A DNA stretch of 64,000 nucleotides from Octopus sinensis (taxonomy: Eukaryota): the NCBI RefSeq assembly GCF_006345805.1, contig NC_043001.1:92628001-92692000 (forward strand). The letters run 5' to 3'. A program made the position numbers and the translations under genes. The first letter of the stretch is position 1. Every line of letters starts with the position of its first letter. Shown piece after piece: positions 52,410 to 64,000 of this stretch. A model generated the notes under the pieces. The model saw only the letters and a list, made by a program, of their open reading frames with translations. It did not search any database and was not told where the DNA came from.

Positions 52410-52720
52410 TTTTTATTTTTATATTTTTTTTTATTTTATCTAGTTTCAGCTCATGAGCTGTGGCCATGCTGAGGCACCACCATTCGGTGTTGCTACATGA
52501 TTTTACTTCACAAATGCTTTTTAGCATTTGATTTGGTGCATGAGAGAGTTTGATGCAGCTGCCCTCATCTGCACCTCCTGCCGTGAAGTTGGTTCAACTG
52601 GGACACCTGACAGGAAGAGATCCAGTTTTATTTTAAAGACATCTGCATCCACCCCATGCAGGTCTCTCAGGTCCTTCAGGAGGATATATGTAGATAAAAA
52701 TGCAAATACAAGAGGTTGTT
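52410..52720 (-). mobile_element. CR1/L2-group non-LTR 3' end fragment
   Basis: ILLKDLRDLHGVDADVFKIKLDLFLSGVPVEPTSRQEVQMRAAASNSLMHQ fits FN.LP..LR......FK..LD.FL..VPDEP......AASNSL; short 3'UTR with an (ATAAAA)-like tail. Confidence 0.65.
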
Positions 52721-53452
52721 CATTAAATATAGCCAAAACTATTTATAATTCTGGAGAATTATATAAACTTAGTTACCATGACTAATGAAATAATTTAGAA
52801 ATTCCTTTTATTGTTTCTTTATATTTCTTATGTATTTCTTGTATGCATACAACACATAAGTTTCTTTCATGTAGTGAGGCTATACTAATTAGCTGAATCA
52901 TAAGCTTCAGATGCAGACAATAATGATGGATTCTACTTAGTTTTATAATTTTTATTTATTTATTTATTTATTTAAAAAAATAGAATATTTACTTGGATTC
53001 TATAATTTGAGAACTACTAATTCCCAACTGAAACATTAAACAAAAATTTTAAAGAGGAAATAATTTCCAGGTAGTTAATAAAAAAGACAAATAATTAGTG
53101 TCATCTATAAGAACATTGGTTAATTTGTTTCTTGAAGCATTTATGGATTTCAGTTATTAATTTATGCATACGTATCTTTTTAGTGTTCACATTTATTGAT
53201 TCATTTTTATTGCATTTTAATTTTGCTTTATTTCTATGACGGAAATCAATGTTTGCAATTAAATATAAAAATAGATTTCAAGAAAAGGTTTTTAACATGA
53301 TAGAAGTATGAGAATCTAAAGAATTTGTGAGAATTGCTAATTCAGTAAAAACAAAACAAAAAAAAGCATTACCCATTAAAAATACAGATGTCAAAATCAT
53401 AAAATGATTTACAGTGATGTCAACAACTAAATAATAAGCAGGCATTCACCAA

Positions 53453-53580
53453 CAGAAGAAGAAGAAGAAGAAGAAGAAGAAGAAGAAGAAGAAGAAGGAG
53501 GAGGAGGAGGAGGAGAAGGAGGAGGAGGAGGAGGAGGAGGAGGAGGAGAAGAAGAAGAAGAAGAAGAAGAAGAAGAAGAA
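53453..53580. repeat. (GAA)n-(GGA)n-(GAA)n polypurine tract
   Basis: Direct inspection. Confidence 0.97.
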
Positions 53581-53742
53581 ATGAAGTACAAAATGGAAGC
53601 TATAACAACTCAAGAGGAGACTACTGGTCATTTTTTCAGTTAAGCAAAACGTCAGAATAAAAAAAGTTGCAGTTGGTTAAATAAAATTAGTATGATGGCA
53701 AAACATAACACATGCATACATGCACACACACACACACACACA

Positions 53743-53775
<33 letters not shown>

Positions 53776-54917
53776 GAGAAAGAGGGGAAATTGGAGATGG
53801 AAGGGATAAGGAAGAAAAAGAAACATCCAGGTAAAATGCTAGCTTGCAAATAAGAAATATTGCAGAAAATGCAGAAGATTTCATGTTAGATGCTCAAAAT
53901 ACATAAAGTAAGATAATATTAAAATTTTCTTTCTCTTCTTTTCTACTTCTTACTGTTTTCAATTAGTGTAGATTTGCTTATTTTCATTTTATATTTTCTT
54001 CTTCCATTTAAAAATTTAACTATTATTTCATTTCTTGCACTTATGTCTTGTATTTTTACTCCGCATTATATATGTGGTAATAAATTTCGCCAAGACATAT
54101 AATAAAGAAACAAGTGAGATGAATAAATTGCAGTAGACAAATTAAATTAAGCCCTAATCTTTTCTCCAGAAAATAAAAACTAAATAAAAGTGATAATGGT
54201 TCTCTTGATGGAACACGGTACAGTATCACCATCTCCGACCAAGACTATATAATTAAAGTTAAATTGATGGATCATATTCGATTCATCATTATTCAGAATG
54301 ATAATTTTTTCTCAACTTAAACAATCATGAAAAAAAGAAAAATCATTTCTAATTTCACTTTCTGAAACATATGTAGTAAAATATTATAGACTCTACAAAT
54401 TCTTAATTTTACTAGTTTTACAATAAAAAAATATTTGTCTATAGTATGGGTTGGATTATTAGAATTACAGAAATAGCAAGCAAAAATACCATGAATTATG
54501 ATGAATAATAGAAACAGTGTGATGGTGTTACTGACAAGTACAGGAAATAATTAATTTCTAAAATATGCAGTATATCTCTCTCTATCTCTACTACTGAGGC
54601 CAAAGAAAAAAAGCATTTTTTTTCTTTTGAAATGGGAGCTTTTTTTTATTTAACAATGAACAAAATTAAAGAATATCATTCAGAATAATAAATAAATTGC
54701 ATTGTATTTCTATATCTCTACAAGAGAGAAGATGAGCATGAACACCTACAAAAGGATTTTTAAAATTTCTTGGTAAGTGTAAGAAAGGTACATCAAACAA
54801 ATGTTTTCAACAACATGGATACACTAGTGAATAGTTTATAGTTTGTTTGTTTTTTATATGTAATTCAAAGTAAACTAAAAATATTAAAAAGAGTTATTCA
54901 CTATTCTATTCTAAGTA

Positions 54918-56192
54918 TTGGGTAATCCCATAAATAATGCAGTTTTTTTTTTATTCTTCTTTTATTTTTCAAAATTAAGATAAACAAAGTTCTTTATTAA
55001 TCTAAAATATACTCTTCTTCATTTTCTCTTCCATTTATCTGGAAGACTTGCAAGATCCCTCTTCCAAAATTCACTTGTCTGCAATGAAAAATACTCCTCC
55101 AGTACTGTTCTGATCTTGTCTACAGAATTCATATATTTTCTATACAGATGATCTTGAATACTGCAGAATAAATGATAATCAGATGGGGCAATGTCTAGCA
55201 AATATGATGGGTGGGGCATTGTTTCCCATTCCAACTGTGCCAGCCTTTGGAATGTCATCCTTGCTGTATTGTAGTCAAACATTATCCTGACGGAAGAACA
55301 CCTTTTGTCTTGAAACCAAAGATGGTTGATTTTCTTCTAGTGCTGACTTAAGCTGCTCAGACTGCTTACAGTAGATCTCCTTTGTTATTGTTTGGTTTGG
55401 GTTTAAAAGTTCAAAGTGGACTAAACCTTTCATATTCCACCAAACAGATAACAACACCTTACAAGGGTGAAGACCTTCTTTAGTCTGAGGTGCTGGTCTT
55501 TCTCCTTTCCCTACCCACTGTCTTCAGTGCTTGACATTTTTATAGAGAACTCATTTCTCATCACTAGTCACTATTTGGTCCAAAAAAAGGTTCACTCGTG
55601 AGACATGACAGTAAAGAAGAGCACACATTCACTCTCTGCACACAGTTAGACTTGGAAAGTTAGTGATGAACCCATTTTCTGACATTTCTGATTGCATGCA
55701 AGTGTTGATGAATGGTTGAATGACCAAATCCAAGCTTCTCTGCTAGTTCTTTAACAGTTACAATAGGATTTTGTTCCACTACAGTTTGCAGGACGTTCTC
55801 GTCGACCTCTACAGATCTTCTAGGATGTGGATCATCTTCCAGGCTGTAGTTTCCTACTCAGAATCTCTGGAACCACCATTAACACTGGCTTATGCTTATT
55901 GTCTGATCCCCATGTACTACATTAATATTCCTTACACTTTCTGTTGCGTTGTTGCCTTTATTGAACTCATAAAGCAAAATATGCTCAATATGCTCCTTTG
56001 TCACTTCTATTATAGCTTTGAAAAAATAACTGTTAAAATGTAACTGTACTCTTCAAAACTGACACCAAGAATAAGCACAAGGTAAAATTACTACCTGCTT
56101 TTATAGCAAATTGATGCAGGTAGGTTATCCCATCCCCTCCAATTTTCAGTTCATGCAATTGAAAAAACTGCATTATTTATGGGATGACCCAA
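54918..56192 (-). mobile_element. Full-length (1275 bp) DD34D mariner with TIRs and TA duplication; transposase pseudogene
   Basis: TIRs ttgggtaatcccataaataatgcagttt / aaactgcattatttatgggatgacccaa are flanked by TA; LLYEFNKGNNAT HTH, LLSVWWNMKGLVHFELL, FRQDN, HPSYLLDIAPSDYHLF. Confidence 0.93.
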
Positions 56193-57001
56193 TACTAATA
56201 GATGAGTCAATAAAACATTTAGAAATGTCCTGAAGTGCTTTCTCTAGATAAATTTCTTGATCCTGATAGAAACTAGAAACTTTGACAAAATGTAGTTAGT
56301 CTAGTATAAAAATCATAAAATATGACTGCGTGAACTTGGATGAAATTTTCTGACATAGTCTAATGCTCATTGGTGCGCATCATTAATATTGTTTTTACCT
56401 ATTATCATACCCTTTCCCTGTCACATAGGTCGAATATAATTAAGTTGATTAAAAGTAAATGTTTTTATATAACAGTATCATCATTATTTAATGCATGTTT
56501 TTTTTTTCATGCTGACAAGGGTTGAATGTTTTGAGATAAACTCATTGAGCCAGAGAGGTATGCTGAGCTTCAATGCCAGCTTTAGTATAATATTTACAGC
56601 TGGATTGTATTCCTAATGCCAACCATTTTACAGAGCGTACTGGGATCATTTTTTTACAGCACCTGTACTAACAAGGTCATATTATGAGTGCAGTAATTAC
56701 AGATATTGTACAGGTACTAATCATCCATGTCATAAGTCAGGTGACTTGACATATGTATAAAGGGTTTATAAAACTCAGATTCTTCAGCTAAGCAAGTTTC
56801 ATTCTCTTAAAGAAATATAAGAAAGAATACTATGGATAATGTAGTGTTATTATCAGAACTTTGGTTATTTTGCTGTAAAAGTGAATTAGACAAACAACTG
56901 GAACAATGTTTAAGCTTGGTCTACACATCATATTAGCGCTGTTGGATGTAGCTATTTCAATGGATTAAATTGAAGTATATAAGTTTGTTGAAAGTATAAT
57001 C

Positions 57002-57560
57002 AAAACCAGCAGCTGTGTTCACGCTCAGAATTTCAGCTACTGCTGGCTAGGACGCAGCATGTGGAAAGATCAATGCCCAGAATGCTGTGCATCAATGAGC
57101 CAAGTGCGTTGAACATACCGCTGTTGTAAAAAGGAGAAGTAATTCTTCTACAACATATACAACAGCAACAAGTATACTTTGCATCTGAATTTGCCTAGAT
57201 GTGTTAAGAATAAATATGTAAATAATCATTCCTGACTTCACTGTACATGGTGCAAATAACAACTTTTTATCAGTTGGCAGATATAAGCACCAATCAGAAG
57301 ACAATCTGTTCCCTGAAAGTACAAAAAAAAAAGCCAGTGAGTGTGTTCAGGTTCAGAATTCTAGCTACTTCTGGTAGATGAGACACATGTTGAAATACTG
57401 GACTCCCTATATGATGTGTACCAATGAGCCAAGTATATTGGGTCCAAAGGTGTAATAAAAAGGATAAATTATTCTTCTATGACACACACTATAGTGACTA
57501 GCATATTTTTGCATCTGAATCTACCTAGATGTGTTATGAATATATATGTGAATAATTGTA
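57002..57560. repeat. Diverged direct duplication (~230 bp units at 57002-57232 and 57329-57560)
   Basis: Shared anchors gtgttca.g.tcagaatt, agctact.ctgg, caatgagccaagt, taaaaagga, attcttcta, tttgcatctgaat.t.cctagatgtgtta.gaata. Confidence 0.85.
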
Positions 57561-57699
57561 CCAGTTCAAACAGTATACAATAAACACAAACCATAGAGAA
57601 AAACTCAGTCACATGTCTTTGATTGTAATTGAAATATTATCAACTATCTTTTCTCAAATCTACTTAACACTTTTCTGTTGTAAATGTAATGTGAAAGCA

Positions 57700-57862
57700 C
57701 CCAACACATGCTGTTAAGTGGTTGGCATTAGGAAGGGCATCCAGTCACAGAAACCATGGTAAACAAAAGACTGGAGCATGATGTGGCCTTTGGGACTACT
57801 GGATCTTGTCAAGCCATCTAACCAATGCCAGCATGGAACACGGGCATTAGATAATGATGATG
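57700..57862 (+). mobile_element. Decayed RTE-tail SINE copy (other decayed copies near 49190-49365, 56490-56660, 62805-63040, 63290-63400, 63650-63760)
   Basis: ggttggcattaggaagggcatccag...gccagcatggaaca...gatgatga motif chain. Confidence 0.75.
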
Positions 57863-59296
57863 ATATAATATATGTATGTATGTATGTACGTATCGTCACA
57901 TATATCTATCTTTTTACCTATCTATCTATCTATATGAGAATGTGACAGACAAGGCTGAGAGAAAGAGGGGTGAGGCAGAAGACAGATAGATAGGAAGATA
58001 GAGAGGGGAAAATGTAAGAAGACAGAATGAAATAAATATGAGATAGAACTAACAAAAATAAATTGTTTTGATATTTTTTGGCTGTTACATAATACTGTAA
58101 CTGATTTTGCAAACAAACATTCAGAACAGTAAGTATGTATGCTTATGCATGTGCATATGTGCCTATGTTACGGTTTATAATTGTTGTCATTTTGTCTAAT
58201 CATAGTGTGTGTGTAAAATATATGCATGTAACATGTATATAAACATATAGAAAGACATAGAATACATGTCTTTTTATCTATATAGAGAAAATGTGATAGA
58301 GAGAAAGGTTCAAGAGAGTAAGAGAGGTAGAGAGAGAGAATAGAAAGAGAGCAATAGAGAGAAAACTGTGTGAGAAGAGTGATAGAGATGTCTGAGAGTG
58401 AAATGAATTAAATTCATAATTTTGACTGTTATATAACTCTACAGCTGATTTTGTAAACAAAGTTTTAGGGAACTGAGTGTGTGTGCACATAAATGTTTCT
58501 AAGTTTCTCTGTGTGTTAGTTTTTATGAATGTCATGTATTTTGCATCAGTGTTGCATATATATCTGCTTATTTTCATGTCCTTTTCATTTGTGTGTGTTC
58601 ATATGCATGTGTGTGACTTTGTAATGCATCTAATACAGAGAGACAACAGAGTAACACTGTTAGTAGGAGAGGTTGGAATGGTGAAAGGTGGGGAGTAAAG
58701 TACAGTGTTGGAAAGAAATAGGGGGTACTAAGCTAAGAGAAGTTAAGTTAGTATGGGTATAGATATGAGTTAACGCACTTGTGAACATGATAAGAGGAGA
58801 GGAGGAATGGACAAGCAGAAGAAAGTGACAATTGAGAAATTAGCAATTGCAAAATAGAAAAAAGATGAAAGATGATGAAAAACTGAAAAAATGAAAAGAT
58901 GATGAGAAGCTGAGACAGTGTGAAAGGGTGAGGTTTTAATAGAGTACATGAACTGTGAGGAGACTCTTGGAAATCCTCGTTTAAAATTCCAGTGCTGTTG
59001 TATCTTTGGGTTGCATGCCTGTGTATGTTTTCATATATTTGCAGGTGAGTGTATGTTCTCTTTTGACTACTTTATCATCGGAAGTAACAAAAACTTTTCT
59101 ACAATGTGTGGGTATAGAACAAAATTCACTCTTCTGTTTTGAGGCTTACAAGGGCCAGATTTAAGAGGAAATCTCTATGTATAAGGGCTTATATCAAAAT
59201 ATAAAGATAATATATTAAAACAAACACACATACAAATAAGTATGGTTTCACACATCATATTTGCTTGCAAGTCACTTAAAGCAATAAACAAATCTA

Positions 59297-59382
59297 CCAT
59301 GTCTTTCACTCTAGCTAAACTGGATACAATCATCCATGTCTTTCACTCTAGCTAAACTGGATACAATCATAGCTAAACTGGA
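59297..59382. repeat. Exact 37 bp tandem duplication plus a partial third unit
   Basis: ccatgtctttcactctagctaaactggatacaatcat x2, then agctaaactgga. Confidence 0.95.
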
Positions 59383-60769
59383 CACTAAACCAGATGCAAC
59401 ATATTCTGATAATTATTCCATTCTGCTCATAAACAACAATTGCATAGCAGAATGAGGAACATAATATGAAACAAGATTACAACCTGGAAACCTGGAAGTA
59501 CATATCAAAGCTTTAAATATTGAAAGAAAAGTGAATCTGACAAGTGTTTTTTATCAGTTTGCAGTGCAATATCTGACAAGTTAAATTGGAGTACACCATG
59601 AGAGTTTCTGTTAGCAGGTAAAAAGAGAGAGAGAGAGAGATGACAGAAACTCACAATTTGTTTCCTGTACTAACACAAAATGGAAAGTATTTGAACTTAA
59701 GAAATTAAAATTATAAGCCAATGAAAATTCACACAGCAGAAATTCCTTCTTAGTAGTAGCACTCATATTGTATGTAGGTAGAGTGGGAGGCAAATGGCAA
59801 TATTTGAGATGATAAAAATGAGGGTGTTGCAAATGACAGTGCCAGTGCTAAATCATGCAAGGACTGATTATTGCAATGACTAAGTATAAAAACTAAAATT
59901 TAAAAGGCTACTTATATTGCTAGGTCATGATATAAGTACCACTAATTCCAACTATATTTTTTAGAAGTTTGAAATTAAAATAATACAGTTTACCTATGGA
60001 ACGGGAGAACAACACATTTAAAACATTTGTTTTCAACAGCAACATGTGACAACAACAACAACAAAAGTAACAAGAAAACAAGTACATTTTTTTCTCATTA
60101 AAATATTTGTAAATATTTCAATTTTATAAATGTGCTTATTCTGAGGAAAATTTATTGACCTGATATATTTGTATATATGCATTCAATGTGTTTGGATATA
60201 TGTGTGCGTGTGTGTGCATGCACACACACACATGAGTCTGTGCATGCACATGTTTTTGTGCATGTGTGAAGGGAGGAAGATAGTTTGACTAGAGATTAAT
60301 ACACACTAAGTCAAACGGTTGTCTACACAGAATGATGGCATCAGAGGAGAATACATAAGAGCTAAAGAATTAACATTTCATTTAGTTTGTAGCATCAAAA
60401 ACACATAATTATTAACTGAAATGGAAACATTAGTTTTGTAGTTATTTTCTTTTCCATAAATTCATCCAATAAAAAAATAATATAGGACTATGTCTCTGGC
60501 ATTCCAACATCCATACAAGGAAGATACAATATACTAATGAATGAAAAGTCAACTAGCAAGAAATAATTTATATTTCACACATACACATATCTATAAATAT
60601 ATGTAGAAACAGATACATCTAACATGCACATGTTCACATACACACACCCACACACACATGCACATGTGTATGTGTGTGTTTATGTATGCATGTATGTATG
60701 TACTACATGTAGTTTATGTCTGTTTTTTCATATTTATATAGGTTTTAGTGCTATAAGAATAAAGCAGTT

Positions 60770-61640
60770 TGTTTTTTGTTTGATAGAATACTGGAGTTAC
60801 TAAAAAAATCCTGCAGAATCCAAGTGAAATTCTGAAGTTTGATGATATAATTAGGCACTGAATAAAGCAAAATACAAGGCATCAAGTGACTGAAATGTAT
60901 GGATAAATCCTAAAAACATATTAACAACAAACAAAATTATTTTCATAAACAATAACTGTAGCCAACCAAAATATCATGACTATGGGTCCTTCACAACCAG
61001 GCAGAGAAAATCTGTATGGACCAGTATTCCATTTTTGATATGCTCTTAAAATGCAATGAAATTAAACCATTTTTGAAGTAACTAGTGACTGGAAATGAAA
61101 TACAGATTATCTATGATAATATAGTGCAGAAAATGGGGTTTGCATGAGAATCTAAAAACAAAAGTTACCAAAGTGGAATATTCATGCCAGTAAAGTTATG
61201 TTTTATGTCTGGTTGGATTTCAAAAGCATTATATATTTTGAGCTATTCTGACACAATCTGTCCAATAATTCCGCTATGCACTGCAGCTAACTGGAGAAGT
61301 TAACTCAAAAATTTCACCAAATGAGATCAGAACTAGCCAACAGGGAAGACAGTAGAACTCATTGTCTTTGGTTACTCTCTCAATATGGCTCTGACTTTCA
61401 TTTAAGTCTCCACAAAATTCTTCAAATGAAATATCATTTAATGATGTAGATGCAGTCAAATCCTACCTGGAAAACATTCCCTGCAAGACAGCCTATTTCT
61501 ACGCGAATAGAATTTTGAAACTGCCAAATAGATTCTTTAAAAAAATATAGCATACTTTGAAGAATAACATTATTGTAATACAAATAAATTTGTTTTATTT
61601 CCATTCTTCAAAAATATTCACAATTTTTTGAACAACCCAA
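60770..61640 (+). mobile_element. Decayed DD34D mariner, 3' portion with right TIR
   Basis: LVTGNE..I.YDN, KVMFYVWLDFKSIIYFEL, APDFHL..QNSSNEISFNDVDAVKSYL; ends ttttttgaacaacccaa|TA. Confidence 0.7.
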
Positions 61641-61899
61641 TATGTACATACACCTACTCATAGAAATATATATTCATGCATGTATGTCTGTATAAACACT
61701 CACAAACACACACACATTAGACACATCATATATACAGGTACTAACAAAAAATTTCTCATTAGTATCTATAACCAATAAAAAGTAAAAGTAAAAACTATTA
61801 AAATAGCTAAAACAAGGAGGATAATCTGAAGGAAGTGAAATCTCACATTTTTTCTTTCTTCTTTTCTTTTTTTTTTTCAAATTCAAAAAGAAGAGAACT

Positions 61900-62650
61900 G
61901 CTAAAGTCTAGCACTTTCATCCCATAGGGATCTTTCAAAGCAGATAACTTCAGTTTTGTCCTGTTTGGTCACATTAGTATATGAGATCCTTTAGATAGAG
62001 TTGTTTACTTTTCACTTTTTTTATAAAATGTTTCTCTAATCCTAAACAATATGTTGGATCATCTGCTATACATTGATAGAAGTGAAAAATCTTTTATTTT
62101 TGTTCTTCCACAAATTTTTCTTAGTTTTGGATGGCATATTTTTTGTTTATGTTTCCTTGTCCACTCACACAGGGAGTTTCCAGTCTGGCCAATATAATTT
62201 TCCTTGCTATCGGGACAGGTGATACAAGGATTCTGATTCTCTATTTTACAGTTCATGTCCACTTTAAAAATTTATTTCCGAACTAGTTTCCAATGGTTGT
62301 AATTGCAAGTACTGCATCTGTTATCTCCACAGGTTTTCACAGGAAATTCAGAATTATTTTTGCTGAAATGAACATTGCCTTGCTAAGAAGTTTTTTGAGG
62401 TTCTTAGGTTGACGCCTGCTGTTAAAGATTGGGTTTTGATGATTAAGTTTTTCATTTGTGCACATTGCAAAAGGATTGAGATTTGCTTTTATGGAGGTGA
62501 ATATATTTGATACTCCTGGATTATGAATATTGATAGATAGAATTACATTTTCCACTATGTTTTGCTTTGGTGTTCTAGGTTGAGATATATCCAGTCTCAT
62601 TAACTTTTAAATACAGTTGTCTGTTAGTTTTTAAGAGATATTTTTTTGTT
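61900..62650 (-). mobile_element. Penelope-like element fragment with GIY-YIG endonuclease and a degenerate hammerhead-like hairpin (61911-61940)
   Basis: SRRQPKNLKKLL and CITCPDSKENYIGQTGNSL...H are PLE hallmarks; downstream AUCCC-UAU-GGGAU-GAAA has a broken CUGAUGA. Confidence 0.8.
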
Positions 62651-62720
62651 GCATGAGAAAGCCTTTCAGTTCATACAGTCAAATTCTATTTCTATAGAGG
62701 TGTCATACATGTATACATGC

Positions 62721-62774
<54 letters not shown>

Positions 62775-63224
62775 ACATACACACACACACACACATATAT
62801 CATCATCCTTCTCATTTAATGTCAGTTCTCCATGCTGGCAGGGATTGGACAATTTGGCTGGCCAACTGGAGAGATGCCTGGCTCCACTTTGTCTGTTTTG
62901 AAATGGTTTCTATGGCTGAATGCTCTTCCTAATGCCTGCATGTTTACACAGTGTACTGGCATTGGAATCAGCGTTTTCACATGGCACTGGTGATTTTATG
63001 TGGTACCAGTATGGACACTTTTACATGGCACTAGCAGCCATTGCCCCTGAAATGTCAGTCTGTTTATTGCAGGGTTAACCATTTACAGCTTTAAATGGAT
63101 AACTCTGAAGGTGGGTGGCATAATGCTTAGTGTGTTGCATTCATGATCACAAGATAAAGGTTTCAATTTCCAGGCAGGCAGTATTTTGTTCTTGAGCAAA
63201 CACTGCTCCAGACCACTCAGGTAT

Positions 63225-63259
<35 letters not shown>

Positions 63260-64000
63260 CATGCACAAATATACACAAACACACAGATCATCATCATCAT
63301 TAGTTAATGTCCATGTTCCATGATGGCATGAGTTCAATGGTTTGACAGGATCTGAGAAATCAAAGAACTGCATCATGCTCCAATGTCTGCTTTGGCAGTA
63401 CATGGATGGGATGCCAAATGCACTTTTGCTGAAGGACAAGAAGCCAAAGCCAAGAAACTGAATGAACACAAGGCTGAATGGATATAAGGTCAAATTGACA
63501 AAATGCCGAAAAGAAACGAAAATTAAAATTTAATCTCATGTGCCAAATTGGTGAATTGGTCATTAAACTATGTAAGTAGGAATGTTTTTTTTATTATTGT
63601 ATCTGGTCAGCTTTATGTCCATTCGGCTTCTTGTTCTTAAGCAAAAGTGTATTTGCCATCCTGTCCACGCATGGCTTTGGCATGGTTTCTAAAGCTGGAT
63701 AATCTTCCTAATGCCAACCACATTACAGTATATACTGGGTGCTTTTTTGTACAAATTGCACTACTGTGGTTTCATGCTGCTTGCAGACCTACAAACCCAG
63801 GGGAAATAGAGGATCAACTTCATACTAAGAGACAAGGGGTTAAATTGACAGAAGAGTGGTGAGGGAAGATCTTGTAAAGGATCTGCATGGCTACTCACAT
63901 TTAATAGAAGGGGAAAAAGAGAAAAGAAGCAGTAATAGCTGCAAAGAGATAGATAATGATGTGCCCAGGAGGTTTCACAGGGCACAAGATGAATTGAAAT

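Noticed and set aside
55771-56043. 90-aa plus-strand ORF
   Set aside because: Antisense frame of the mariner HTH region.
58948-59050. Perfect CAG|GTGAGT donor with upstream open frames
   Set aside because: All three frames are open, the acceptor is unclear and the peptide is unrecognised; insufficient to call an exon.

Overview
Eukaryotic, very AT-rich, repeat-dominated DNA with dense (AT)n, (TATG)n, (TAA)n and (GATA)n microsatellites. The SINE, RTE, Penelope and mariner repertoire looks like an octopus (coleoid cephalopod) genome; that assignment is inferred from repeat recognition and was not checked by a search. I could not build a supported host-gene model. Only scattered low-confidence exon candidates exist, so the window is probably intronic or intergenic. 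Most ORF-track entries are microsatellite or decayed-transposon artefacts. Recognisable elements: many copies of two SINE-like families; CR1/L2, RTE and Dong/R4-like non-LTR fragments; several Penelope-like element (PLE) relics; two DD34D mariners (one full length with TIRs); a DD37D maT relic; and a non-autonomous Helitron. The most notable signal is a recurring system of fold-back PLE relics carrying type I hammerhead ribozyme motifs. It includes an apparently intact hammerhead (22383-22469), a near-perfect ~400 bp palindrome with mirrored hammerheads (32650-33052), and a tRNA-headed SINE with a hammerhead-bearing tail and a PLE-style inverted tail duplication (33053-33715). All alignments and folds were done by eye, and repeat boundaries are approximate unless stated as exact.
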